Assembly: GCF_006345805.1 (NCBI RefSeq)
Contig: NC_043012.1
Coordinates: forward strand, 37,882,001 to 37,946,000
Direction of reading: 5' to 3'
DNA length: 64,000 nucleotides
Source of the DNA: Octopus sinensis
Taxonomy: Eukaryota
Shown: positions 24,639-37,994 of the stretch, one piece after another
Layout of the letters: each line of letters starts with the position of its first letter
Position numbering within the stretch: the stretch's first letter is position 1
The notes under the pieces: model-generated
What the model saw: only the letters and a program-made list of their open reading frames with translations
What the model was told of the DNA's origin: nothing
Databases searched by the model: none
Made by a program: the position numbers and the translations under genes

Positions 24639-24770
24639 AATATTTAGCAGAAATATTATCAGAATGACTTGAGAGCGGGGTTTCGTGCATTTGCACTTAG
24701 CAAAGTTTGATAAGTGCAAACGCACGAAACTGTTGGCCCTTGAGTCACTCTGTTGCTTTTGCTAAATATT
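24639..24770. repeat. 132-bp fold-back element (MITE-like hairpin)
   Basis: A 20-bp inner stem 24680-24699 / 24711-24730 (1 mismatch), a middle stem, and outer AATATTTAGCAGAA / TTTTGCTAAATATT, in TA context. Confidence 0.8.
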
Positions 24771-26919
24771 AATAAAAAAAATTTATGTTTTAAGTTCTAT
24801 TTTTCCTGCTTGCATCATCAAACGTTTATATATATATATACACACACGCGCGCGCGCGTACGCATAATAGGGCGTGTGTTTGTTGAAATGTGATACCTGG
24901 ATCTCGTTTCCGCCTCTTGGAACCGGGACATCTGGATTCGCTTTTTGTCCTTAATGTGAGGAGGGTTGCAGTGTTTAAACTGAAGGTGCTATTCCTGTCC
25001 TTGCCATGTCAGATAACCTTATGATGACGATCGTAGTGATAGGAGTTCCCCTCCGATATCGACTCCCTTTCTATATTGACTGTTTAGCCCTGTGTTGACA
25101 TTGACCTAGAAGACGCATAATCAAATCTATTCTAACCATGGCCGTCTCGCTTGTAGTTTTTTTTCTCTCCCCCAAACCTAATGTATATTTAAGTCTACAA
25201 TCTCCTTTATGTCCTTTTTTCTTTTTATGAAGTGGGTGAGTGATACGAACGAATTTCTTGGCTGGTATTTCTAAAATCTCCAGCGACCCACCTTAATAAT
25301 AATGGCTCTTTGTAATTTCATATTTTGTCAGAATGACGCGTTGTGATGTTTATGGTTTTGTTTTGCTTTTTGGCTTCTGAAGGGCGCCAGGCCAAGTGAC
25401 GAAGTTAGAAGCTGCCAGGCAGATCACATATCGACTCTCAGTTTCAATCCACCGCCCTACTAACGGTACCAATTCTTCTTTCTGGAATTTTTGAGAGGTG
25501 GAAAGGAGTAGTGGTGGTGGTGGTGGTGGTTAGTCTATTTCGTCGACCCCAGTGCTCAGCTGGTATTTATTCTAACGACCCCGAAAGGATGAAAGGCAAA
25601 GTCGACCTCGGCGGAATAATAATAACAATAATAATAATAATTTCTGGCAAAGACTCCAGCAAATTTTAGGGGAAGGAATTAGTCGATATCATTGACTCCC
25701 CTATATCCGGTGCTTGACTGGTATTTTCTTTTATCAACTCCGAAAAATTGAAAGCTGACTTCAGCAGGATTTGAATTCACAACGTAAGAGAATCCGGACT
25801 CAGTTCCGCTAGACATTTTTAATCCCACCGACGTCAAGTTTATCTTTATGTCGTTCCAGGATCAAGGAAAATGTAAAGCCCCAGTATTATGTTGGAGCTT
25901 GGAATCGATCCGAATAATTGCTAACACAATGAGTGCAGGGGGGAAAATATCAACCTCTCCACCTTACTCGTGTGCTTTTTCTTGTTATAGACCTCGGCAG
26001 AATTTGAACACGGTACTTGTGTTGTTTATTGCTGTATTAAGTCTACCACTGCCAAAACATAGGCACACGGTCATAATAATTGAAATCCCTCCTGAGTATG
26101 TTACTGGTATCTGGTTATGTGAACCTATAATGCTTGAAAGCAACAGCACTCAGGGATTTATTAATTAAGAATTCTGGGTAGGATGTTGTGGGGACACCAA
26201 AGCCATAACAATACTAGACTTCACAATGTCTATATACCAGGATACTTCAGTTTGAATTCTCCCAGACAGGATTTGAACTCGGAACAGGGAGGGAGGTAGA
26301 TGCTATGATTCGAACACAAATGGACTTGATCTAGCTAACAAAGGCAGGCACCAGTATGGCCCTGGTCCAATGCACACTATTTTCGTGTTAGGGTTTCCTA
26401 AAGATCTTTTTTTTTTTTAAATGTGTGAAATTAATATTTTCTTGTGAATATGCTGAAATTACATAAAATAAATTGAAAAGCATTGTTTTTGTTTTTAAAC
26501 TATGATTGCTATTATCATCATTCATTATATAAAGGGGGCGAGCCAGCAGAATCGCTGGCGCGTCGGACAAAAAGTTATTAACCGCATGTGTTCCTGTTCT
26601 TTACGTTTTGAGTTCAAATAACGACAAGGTCAACTTTACCTTTTATCCTTTCGGGGATTGATAAAATAAGTACCTGATGGGTCGATGTAATCAACTGGTC
26701 CCTTTCCCCTAAAATTTCAAACCCTGTGCCCGAAATTAGAAAGAGTTATTATTATTATTATTATTCGTGTACGAGTGGGAATCTTTTCTGTTATAATTCC
26801 ATTAACGTCTCGGAAGATAAAGAATCGATTCTTCTTTCGGTGTATTTATTTCATGGAGAGAAGTAAATATGTCAGTGGCGAGACATTTGCTACCTCCACG
26901 ACATTACAGACTCGACGCG

Positions 26920-27174
26920 GATATATATATATATACACATACATTTATATATATATTAATGTAATATATATATATTTATATATATATAATATATATATAT
27001 ATATTTATTTATATATATTTATTATATATATATGTATTTATATATTATATATTATATATATATTTATATTATATATTTATTTATATATATATATATTTAT
27101 ATATATTTATTTATATATATATTATTTATATATATAATATATATATATTTATTATATATATATATATATTTATT

Positions 27175-27249
<75 letters not shown>

Positions 27250-27632
27250 ATATATATCTATATATATATATTTATATATATTTATTTATATATATAATAT
27301 ATATTTATTTATATATATATTTATTTATATATATTTATTTATATATATATATATTTATTTATATATATATTTATTTATATATATATTATTTATATATATA
27401 TTTATTATATATATATTTATTTATATATATATTATTTATATATATATATATATATATTTATATATTATTTATATTATATTTATTTATATATTTATTTATA
27501 TATAATTTATATATATTTATATATATATTTATTTATATATTTATATATATATTTATTTATATATATTTATATATATATTTATTTATATATATATATATAT
27601 TTATATATATATTTATTATATATATATATATA

Positions 27633-27666
<34 letters not shown>

Positions 27667-27701
27667 TTATTTATATATATATTAATGTATATATATATAT
27701 T

Positions 27702-27732
<31 letters not shown>

Positions 27733-27780
27733 TATATTAATGTATATATATGTGTGTGTGTGTATATATATATAGATGAG
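26920..27780. repeat. ~860-bp compound (TA)n/(TTTA)n low-complexity tract
   Basis: Almost pure A/T alternating sequence. Confidence 0.95.
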
Positions 27781-30724
27781 AGAGAGAGAAAGATGGAAAG
27801 AAGCGGCCTCCTTGCAATAGAATATAATGTACAGACGGAATAGATGGATAGGAAGATGCATATATATATATATATATATTTATATGAAGGTAGTATCGGA
27901 TTAAAAGGTTTTATAAAACTAGAGCAGAGATCGAACAGATATCCTGACCGACATAACACAGAACCTCGTAACATTTAATAAAATATGGTTGCGTTTTTAT
28001 TTTCGTATTCTTGTATCGTTTTCATTCTAAGGAATTCCCTAATCTTTTCTTCTTCTTTTTTTGGCTTTTGGAAAACCCCCTCTCATAGATAACACGCTCA
28101 CATTCATACAACCATCGACTCGAATGATGTATTATTTAAACAGTGTTTCCCAGTTATAGTGGCGGTGGTGGTGATTGCTTCTGTTTTTTGGTGGAAGGTC
28201 ATTAATTTAGTAGGTGGAGTTAGATTGGATCAAACCTCAGTAGATCACTGGTACTGGTGGCATTATTAACTACTACTACTACTGCTGCTGCTACTAGAGG
28301 CGTGAATGCTTCGGCGAGATTGTGAGACACCTGTTAGACTAATATGTAATAAAGATAATTCTGCCGATTACTATTTTCTCTTTTTTTTTTTTCCACCGCC
28401 GCACACCTCCATCAATAATACCTGAGAATCGACAGGTTTTATCTTTTAAATTAGAGGATTTCTTTTTCCTCAAGTTTCCCTTTTAGAAATTTTCCGATTT
28501 CTTCCTGCTTTCAAACAGCTTAGATTAAAAGCGTAGAATTAAACACAGGTCGTTACGAACGAAGCTCGATAGTGGAGTGTTGAAGCGGAAGGCTATATTT
28601 TTTTTATTTTTATGTGTGATGGTGGGGAAAGTGTAGCTGCTTAATTCGATCTCAGTATCTAAATTGCATTTCTTTGATCAACTCTGAGAAGTGAAAGGTG
28701 AAGTCGACGCTGACGGCATTTTAAATTCAGAAGATAAAACGACGTCAAATTTTGTAAAACCATTTCGTAGTACAACCTCACCTTTTCTACTAATGCACCG
28801 CTCTTGTTTAGTGTAGTAAACCCAAAGTAAGTACCAGGTTTTCGTACAGATGGACAGATTTTTTTCTTCTGTTTTTAACCTGATTAAATGAAATATCAAT
28901 AACGTTATCGATACCCGTTTTATCGTTCTAGCGACGTACTCGATAGCAGTTTTTGAATCCCGAAGCAAATACTTTTGAAAAGGGACTATTCACCGGGGTC
29001 TCTACTCCTTCCGCTACTACAACGGCTTCTACTTCTCCGAACTGTCTTCTCCACTCATCTTCTTCTTCTTCTTCTTCTCTTCTTCTTCTTCTTCTCTCAC
29101 ACTAACGACACATCTGTCACAACCCGCCCCCTCGTTTATCCTCCACCAAAACCATTTTCTCTTGATTGCAGTAATTCTCAACGAGTCCCTACCCATCTAC
29201 GTCCTTTCAGCCAGTTGTCCACCATCAGAACTGAACATTAACCGCGTCGTTCTTACCACTCGGTGAAAGGCTGATATTTACTTCTTCTCTTGCTGACTAA
29301 ATAAATTAATTTTAAAAAAGATTAATACCCCCGCAGTGCCCTTAATAATAATAATAATAATTTATTGCATTCCATCGCTTCTGATTTCTTCCATTTCTCT
29401 CTCCCCTATCACCCATTATTGACATCCTTCACTCCCAGTCTCCTTAGCATCACCTATTTTCATTGGTATCCACTCAACTTACATCCTCCCCGCTCCCATT
29501 ACACCTATTATTTTGTCACCTTCTTATCACTCTTTCTCTCTCTCTCCTCCTCCTCTTCCTACTACTACTACACCATTTGTGTTTTTACTGAATTCCTTTA
29601 CCAACAGTTTTCTTGTAGTTGTCTCTCCTCTCTCTCCCTCCCTCCACCCTCTCTCATCTCACTCTGCTTGTCTTTCCATTCTCTTACTTTGGTTGTCACT
29701 CTTTACTTCTATCATGCTGGGAAGAAGACATGTCTCTGTTGCTGGGGCCATGATAGACTAAAGTATGAACTGTAGAATGGTTGGTGATAGGAAAAGCACC
29801 CACCTGTAGAAGACATTTCAAAAGCGGAATATATGAGTGAAACATAGACCTTAACTCTGGCCTGTCTAGAAGGATATTAACTCCAAATAAGAGCATGGTC
29901 CTTGACAACCTGTCCACAGGATAGGTTTGAATAAGAGGGCTTAAAATGACGATAATAATCTGTGAGGAAAATGGAAATTGAGAGAAAATGAAGTCACACT
30001 TAAACCTCCAATGATTTAAGTGAGAATTAATATTGAATATAGATTTATAAATTTTTTTGTTTTGTTGTTATTTTTGTCTTGTGCAATTACAGATTTGCAT
30101 TTCTGTAGAATGGAAAATAGAAATGGAGAAAGTATCTATTAGCATTTAATAACTATAGAGAGAAGAGGGTCCTGGGTATAGATATGTGTGTGTATATAAA
30201 CATCCATTAATGTTACTTACCAACTCTCAGATAAACATCCATTAATGCTATTTCACTCAAAGAAATGATTGCATTAACATGATTTACCTGATGGCACCCC
30301 ATGGATACTATGGACGGCACTGTAATCATCTGAGGAATACAGACTATGACCTTAAGAAACATGTGGTTTGTGGAAACACATGTGGCACCATTGTCATCAT
30401 CATTGTTTAATGTCCGCTTTCCATGCTGGCGTGGGTTGGATGGTTTGACTGAGGGCTGGCAAGCCAGAAGGCTGCACCAGGCTCCAATCTGATTTGGCAA
30501 AGTTTCTACAGCTGAATGCCCTTCCTAACGCCAGGTGCTCCAAGAGTGTGGTGGGTGCTTTTTATGTGCCAATGTATTAAAATATTAATAAATTCTACAC
30601 AAGGATTGTTATTATTATTATATATATACACATATATATATTTGGTAATTGTATTAAAATGAATAGAAGATGCACAGATATATTGCAAGATACATCTTGA
30701 TGTTCTTAAACACATTATCAGTTA

Positions 30725-30960
30725 TCTGCTAACCTTGGCTTCTGCATTACTCCATCAGTTCCTGGAATTTGGCAAGCTTCCTTGTCCTCCATATGTTCTC
30801 TCCAGGGTACAGTCACTTCCTACATGATCACCAGTTTGGTGAAATCTGAAAAGATAGTCATGTGTAGGTACAGTGCTGTTAGTATAATGGGATCAAAGGA
30901 CTTGAGATGTTTTCTTGGTATGGTCCTGTTTGTTGCAGTGAATAAAGTTTTTCAGTTTCT
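30725..30960 (-). mobile_element. Remnant of an RLE-endonuclease LINE (HERO-like)
   Basis: KLVIM*EVTVPWREHME followed by frameshifted KLAKFQELME*CRSQG resembles ELTVPWE...ERKxAKYQELxExCRxQGW. Confidence 0.45.
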
Positions 30961-32419
30961 TCAAGGAAAGCTATAAAATATCATCATCGTTTAGCATCCG
31001 CTTTCCATGCTAGCATGGGTTGGACGGTTCAACTGGGGTCTGGGAAGCCAGAAAGCTGCACCAGGCCCAGTCTGATCAGGCAATGTTTCTACAGCTGGAT
31101 GCCCTTCCTAACACCAACCACTCCGTGAGTGTAGTGGGTGCTTTTTACGTGCCACCGGCACAGGGGCCAGACGAGGCTGGCAAACTGCCACGATCGGATG
31201 GTGCTTTTTACATGCCACCGGCACGGGGGCCAGGCGAGGCTGGCAACGGCCACAATCGGATGGTGCTTTTTATGCATAAAGTGTATATATCAAAGATATG
31301 TGTTATAACACTATTCCACTTATACGCAAATAGCCATACCAACAATCCAACATACCTCCATCCTCAGCTGCCCCATGGATATCATTATGGTTTCGACACC
31401 TGGGCAGTACCATTCAATCCAGTGGTATCAATAACACTAAAATAAGTGCTGTTTGGGAACAAACATTCCAAAAGACTAAACACACAACTTCCAAACACAG
31501 TTAACCTCTGTACAACAATATTCAATCAAATATAAGCTGGATTAAACACTAACTTTAAAATTAAACTACAACCAGAAACACATAAATGTATGCACATCTG
31601 TATTGGTATTAATAGTAAACCTACAATAACTAAATTATATACTAAATAACGGCCAATCTTAAAGTCCACACAAACAATAATCCCACCAGTCTTCCTTAGT
31701 TACTACTATAATAAAAGAAAATGGAAGCTTTTTTTCTTTTCTCTCCAAAAGAAAAAAACAATTGAATTTAATGAAGAATAGAATAATTATGAGTGAAATT
31801 CATTATTTCATAATTCAAAGGTTAATAATAAAAACACTCCATACTGTTAATGTGATTTTTCTTTGAGTTAAATTTAAGTTCTTTGTGAGGGAGTTCATGT
31901 TGGTCATTAACAAATCCACAAGACATTCTGAGTTAAGACAGTTCCCAGTGTCTGTAAATCTGTGGTTGAACTGTTGATGCATACACGCAAGTGTGTACAT
32001 CTATTCAGACAGGAATCTCAGATGGAGAATTTCTGGAATGTCTTACAGACCCTCACTGTGCTGCCAATAGATTGGGTTTGGAGAATCTGCTTCAATTTCT
32101 TTTGTTCTTTCTTCATGAAACCAAGTATTTCTAGGTTTTTGTGCAAGTTTGTTGGTGCATAGCCTATGATGATAGATACAAACGAGAATGTGTGTGTGTG
32201 TGTGTGTGTATGTATGCTGGAACCTGGTACAGCTCTCTAGCTGACCAATTCCAGTCAAGCCATCTAATGCATGCCAGCATGGAAAGCAGATGCTAAATGA
32301 GGATGTATGTATGTGTATATACATTCATATATATATATGTATATATAAATATATATATATGTGTATGTATAATGAGAGAGAGAGAGGTGTTGGACAAGTG
32401 TGTTTGCAAGTTGTTATGA

Positions 32420-33420
32420 TAAGGGTTTGGTTTTCCCACTCCACTCCATAGGCACTGTAGTGTTACTGTAAAATTCCTGTTGCTTCAAGATGCTTTGGAA
32501 ATCACCGGATGCCATTGTTTGTGTGGGCCAATCAACACAGTCAGTGTTGACCGGAATGAAACCAAGCTTGGGAGAAACTGTCAAAGTAACTGACTCTCCT
32601 GGAGGATGTTGGGTAAAACAGAACCAGATAGGGGTGGCTGTATCTTGCTGTATTCTTGACCATTGTTATTTGGTAGGGCCCAAACGATATTGTTGATTGT
32701 CATTGGTATGGAGGTTGTGCATCTTTAGAGCATGTTCTGGCTGCATAGACATCCTTCCTTGCAGGTTACATGGCCTGGTGTAAACAAATATTGAATCTCT
32801 TTGCTGATGCAGTAAAGCAATGAGAGTCAACACCAATTTGTTTCCCACAATATGGATGACAAAGGGCAACATAAGAGTGTAAGCAAAACCAAAACTCAGT
32901 ATTGTGTATGGTGCTAGTGATGGGGTGGTGCATGGATGAGATGGATTTGAGGGAAGTATTCATGTTCCCAAACGATCCTGCAATAATGGAACATTTTTTG
33001 TCACATGTCACTATGCAATGAAAAAAAATGCATCCTTTTGGTTGCACAAATGAAGTGCAGAGCAGCTTTTATAACTGCAATTTTTATTCAGTTCAGCTCA
33101 TGTGGCAGCCATTTGTTGAGCTTTTTTAACATTACAATTTGGTGTAAGAGAAGAATAACCGTTGAATATTTGATATTTAGCAGTTTTGCAACTTTGAGTT
33201 GTTTCGTGTAGGTCTACCTCAGGATTGGCTTTCAACTGATCATCGTCAATCGCAGAAGGTCATCTGCAACTTTGCTCATCTTGGTTGTCTTTTGTCAATG
33301 AAATTTCTAGAACCATTGTTGAGCAGCTGGATATCCATTTGCCAATATGACTGGTTGATGTCCTGGGCAGTTTCCACTGTATTGCGTCCCATTTGTTTCA
33401 ATAAAACTGCTTGAATTTGC
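32420..33420 (-). pseudogene. Decayed mariner (Hsmar1/Mos1-like) transposase
   Basis: Fragments GRNTVETAQDIN, IDDDQLKA, KKLNKWLPHELN (WVPHEL motif, about 33095-33112) and CIVTCDKK (first catalytic Asp motif), with many stops and frameshifts. Confidence 0.7.
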
Positions 33421-33789
33421 TTTTTTACTATTTTTAATCACTGTACTGAGGCTTGCCTTTCATACATAAGCACCATTTAATCTCATTTCAAAATAAGCCT
33501 TAAATGATCACCAACCTACTGCATAGGGATAATACTGGTTTTGAATTTTGGCAGAAAGCCAGCAAGTTCAGGACAAGGGGTAGGTCAATTATATTAACCC
33601 CAGTGCTTAACTACTACTTATTTTGTTGATCCCAAAAGGATGAAAATCAAGGAAGATCCTGGCAGAATTTGAATTCAGAACATGAAGACATACGAAATGC
33701 TGCTAAGCATTATTGGTCCAGCATTGCTAACTTTTCTGCCAGCTGTCCGCCTTATACATAGGAATAATTGATTGATCGATGTCCAATAT

Positions 33790-34150
33790 TGTAAGTCTAG
33801 GTTTGTCCCCGTTAATAGAGGTGGGCAGATGTACCTCACCCTCACGGCAACCACTCTCACGCCATCTCACCTGGTTTTGCGCATCCTCCCTACTCAACCC
33901 TCCCAATATCTTCCACCACCTGTCCCCTCCATCTTTTCTTTGTGCGACCTTGCTTTCGCAGTTCATTCACTTTAAACTCAAGCACTCTCCTCAGAATATA
34001 GTCGTCGTCCTTCCTCAACACATATCCATACCACCCCACTCTATTCACCTTTGCCAGCTGTACCACTGATTCCTCCAACCCTGGTATCCCTATTATTAAG
34101 TCCTTAGCTCTTCTTTTATCCAATAGTTTCACAACACATTGCTCTCTTGG
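33790..34150 (-). mobile_element. 3' fragment of a second RTE-like LINE family (related copy at about 42235-42560, minus strand)
   Basis: VGWYGYVLRKDDDYILRRVLEFKV...GRTKKRW resembles the RTE C-terminal RWYGHVLR...RGRPK motif. It shares a 3' end (cccgttaa/cccattaa...ggggacaaaacc) with the 42.3 kb copy. Confidence 0.6.
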
Positions 34151-34254
34151 TCCTTCTCAAAATAATATTGGTTTATATATATGTATGTGTATGATAGCGT
34201 CTCATAAAGCGAGATTTCTATATATCTTAAATTTGCAGAAGAATTTGTGGTGTG

Positions 34255-34329
34255 AGCAGTTTAGCTTAATGGTTCAGAGCACTGCGACGTGTAATCACGG
34301 AGGTGTGAGTTCAAGTCTCATAGCTGGCT
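34255..34329 (+). tRNA. tRNA-like sequence/pseudogene with TGT (Thr) in the anticodon loop
   Basis: The D arm GCTT/GAGC and T arm GTGAG-TTCAAGT-CTCAT fold. The acceptor pairs 5 of 7, the anticodon arm is imperfect (G at position 33), and T6 follows at 34338-34343. Confidence 0.35.
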
Positions 34330-34495
34330 GCCAACACTTTTTTCTGCAAAATAGGGGTAGCTTATCCTGTTCAGGCTATATTATTAGCATCATCCTGTAT
34401 TTTGAGAATTTAAAATCACTTCTTTAACTTTCTAAGACATCTCAACGCTTTTAAAGCAAACTTCGTTTGTTTGTTTACGTTCATCGTAATTTGAA

Positions 34496-34530
<35 letters not shown>

Positions 34531-34532
<2 letters not shown>

Positions 34533-37500
34533 TCATCATCATCATCGTCGTTTAGCGTCCGTTTTCCATGCTAGCATGGGTTGGACGGTTCTACTGGGGT
34601 CTGTGAAGCCAGAAGGCTTCATCAGGCCCAGTCAAATCTGGCAGTGTTTCTACGGCTGGAGGCCCTTCCTAACGCCAACTATATATATATTATATATATA
34701 TATAGATATATATATATATATATAAGATATATATATATATATATGTATAGTAATATATATATCTATCTATATATAGATATATATATATATAGATATATAT
34801 ATATATAGATATTATNNNNNNNNNNNNNNNNNNNNNNNNNNNNNNNNNNNNNNNNNNNNNNNNNNNNNNNNNNNNNNNNNNNNNNNNNNNNNNNNNNNNN
34901 NNNNNNNNNNNNNNNGATCACCCTCGAATGGTGCCCTTTTACGTGCCACGGGTACGGAAGCCAGTTGGCTGCTCTGGCAATGATCACGCTCGGATGGTGC
35001 TCTTGGCACCCTACTAGCACAGGCATAAGTGCCAGTAAGGTGACGCTGGTAGCGTTCTTACTCGAATAGCCGCTCTGTCAACGATCACACTCGTATGGTG
35101 CTCTGTGCACCATGCTAGCACAAATGCCAGTCATCGAATTGATTTTGATTTCACTTGCCTCAACAGGTCTTCGCAAGCAGAGTTTAGTGATCAAAGAAGG
35201 GAAAAGTACGCATAAGCGGGCTGGTTACGCTCCTGACATAGGCCACAGGTTATGGTCTCATTTGGCTTGCCGTGTCTTCTTGAGCACAGCATATTTCCAA
35301 AAGTCTCGGTCACTAGTCATTTCCTTGGTGAGGCCTAATGTCCGACGGTCGTGCTTCACCACTTCATCCCAGGTCTTCCTGGGTCTACCTCTTCCACAGG
35401 TTCCCTCAACCGCTAGGGTGTGGCACTTTTTCATGCAGCTATCCTCATCCATTCTTGCCACATGACCATACCAGCGCAGTCATCTCTCTTGCACACCACA
35501 TCTAATGCTTCTTAGGTCCAACTTCTCTCTCAAGGTACTTACACTCTGTTGAGTATGCACACTGACATTACACATCCATCGGATCGTGCTGGCTTCATTC
35601 CTTGCGAGCTTACGCATGTCCTCAGTAGTCACGGCCCATGTTTTACTGCTGTGTGGCATGGCTGTTTGCACACATGCATCATACAGTCTACCTTTTACTC
35701 TGAGTAAGAGGCCCTTTGTCACCAGTAGAGGTAAGAGCTCTCTGAACTTTGCCCAAGCTATTCTTACTCTAGCAGTTACTCTTTCAGCACACCCTCCTTC
35801 ACTACTGACTTGGTCACCTAGATAACGGAAGCTAGCAACTACTTCTAGTTTTTCTCCCTGGAATGTGGCGGAAGTTGGTCTCTGCGCATTTTCAGTGTTT
35901 ATCGCTCCTGAGCATCTGCCACATACAAAAACTATCTTCTCAGTTAGCCTTCCTTTGATATTACTGCACCTCTTATGCGTCCATAGCTTACACTGGGTTT
36001 CTACCTATGCCTCTACTACAGATCGAGCAGGGCCATCTACCTGAAGGGATTTGTGGTTTGCCTGCCTTCCTACTTATTAGGACTTTGGTTTTAGCTAGGT
36101 TGATTTTAAGGCCCTTCGATTCTAATCCTTGTTTCTACACTTGAAACTTCTCCTCTAGTTCTGATAGTGACTCAGCAATTAGAGCAAGGTCATCAGCATA
36201 GAGGAGCTCCCAGGGGCATCCTGTCTTGAATTCCTCCGTTATTGCCTGCAGGACTATGATAAATAGGAGGGGGCTGAGGACTGAACCCTGGTGGACCCCA
36301 ACCTCTACCTTGAATTTTTCAGTGTACTTGTTGCCAACCCTCACCTTACTGACAGGGTCCCTGTACATGGCTTGCACAGCTCTCACAAACCATTCATCTA
36401 TCTCTAGTTTCCTCATTGACCACCAGATAAGGGATCGGGGGACCCTGTCAAAGGCTTTCTTCATGTCAACAAAAGCCAGGTACAGGGGCTTATCTTTGGC
36501 TAGGTATTTCTCCTGCAGCTGTCTTACCAGAAATATGGCATCAGTGGTGCTTTTCCCTGGCACAAAACCAAACTGCATCTCGTCCAAGTTGACTCTCTCC
36601 CTAATCAGTTGGGCTATGAGCCTCTCTGTAACCTTCATTACCTGATCCAAGAGCTTTATACCTCTGTAATTAGTTGTATCTAGGGTGTCACCTTTACCTT
36701 TGTAGCAGTTGACTATTATGCTGCTACACCAGTCATTGGGTATGACTCCTTCATGTATCACCTGGTTAAATATACGGGTGACTAGGCTATAGCCGACACT
36801 GCCAGATATTTTAAGCATCTCTGCAGTAATTCCTGATGGGCCTAGGGCTTTCCCTGTCTTCATGCTTCTAATTGCCTTAACTACCAAGGAACTGTCAACT
36901 CGGATAGCTGGTCCCTCTGTTGGGTCGACATTCGGTGGACTCTCTTTATCTCATTCATATTTCTTTATTCAGCAACCTTTCATAGTGGCATCTCCAAACC
37001 TCTCTCTTTGCATCCTCATTTAGCGCAAGTGAACCATCATCCATGCGAACACATTCGTCTCCTACCACATCAGGATTCTCTCTCACACACCGTCTTGCAA
37101 CACGAAATGCCTCAAGTCTTTGGTCCTCACGGCGCAGAACATTGGCAAATTTTTTCTTATCTGCTTCCCCTCTGGCTAAATAAACCTGCCTCCTAGCTTC
37201 CATTCTGGCAGTCTGATACTCTTCCCTGCTACCTCCGTTCTTCCAGTCCTTCCAAGCCTGTTTCTTTTGTCTAATAGCCTTGTCAACAACATTGTTCCAC
37301 CACCATGTTATTTTGGTTTGAGAGGGGACTTTGCACCAGCCACAGAGCTGGTTGGTGGCCCTTAGCAGGTTGTCCCATAGGAACCTCCAGTTGTCTTCTA
37401 TACCATGTGAAGCTATATCCCCTTCTATTTCGTCGAAGGCTCCGAGTAATATGTCTCTAAATCTCTGTCCTTTAGCAGGATCTTTAAGTCTCCAGACCTT

Positions 37501-37875
37501 TCTTCTCCTTGCGGGTCGTCTTCTGGGCATCCATTTAGCCCTGACCCTGAAGTTATTAACTACCAGTCTATGTTGTGGGGTACATTCTTCGCCAGGGAAG
37601 GTTTTGGCATTTATAAGCAGCCATCTTTCCCCTTTTCTGGTGAGGATGTAGTCAATCTGACTAGTGTGTCTGCCAGATTGGTAGGTGACTAGGTGGCTGG
37701 CAGGTTTTCTGAAGTTAATATTGCAAACCATAAGATTATTTGCGTCACAGAACTCTAGCAGCCTGGTTCCCTCCTCATTGCAAGAGCCAAAACCGTAGCC
37801 TCCATGTATGCCATGGAAGCCCCTGACATGTTGTCCAACATGTCCATTGAAGTCACCAGCCACAAAGAGAAGGTC
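34531..37875 (-). mobile_element. 5'-truncated, frameshifted RTE-clade LINE (partial APE endonuclease, RT and 3' UTR)
   Basis: ORF 36955-37923 has VAGDFNGHVG, SQIDYIL and QHRLVV. ORF 36135-36887 has NYRGIKLL, QFGF, FVDMKKAFDRVP, GVHQGSVLSPLLF and YADD. The C-terminus has GRGRPRKTW and the element ends in a (GAT)n tail at 34531. A TA tract and a 100-N gap interrupt the 3' UTR. Confidence 0.9.
34816..34915. other. Assembly gap (100 N)
   Basis: Run of N; the left contig ends in TA-rich microsatellite. Confidence 1.
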
Positions 37876-37950
37876 CATATACACATATACAAATGGCGGT
37901 GCCCCAGCATGGCCACAGCTCATAAGCTGAAACTGGAAAAATCAAAAAAT

Positions 37951-37994
<44 letters not shown>

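Noticed and set aside
26775-27974. YI-rich ORFs
   Set aside because: Translations of the AT tract.
34763-35026. ORFs spanning X residues
   Set aside because: They cross the 100-N assembly gap.
36226-37651. Plus-strand ORFs of 139 and 106 aa
   Set aside because: Antisense shadows of the RTE ORF.
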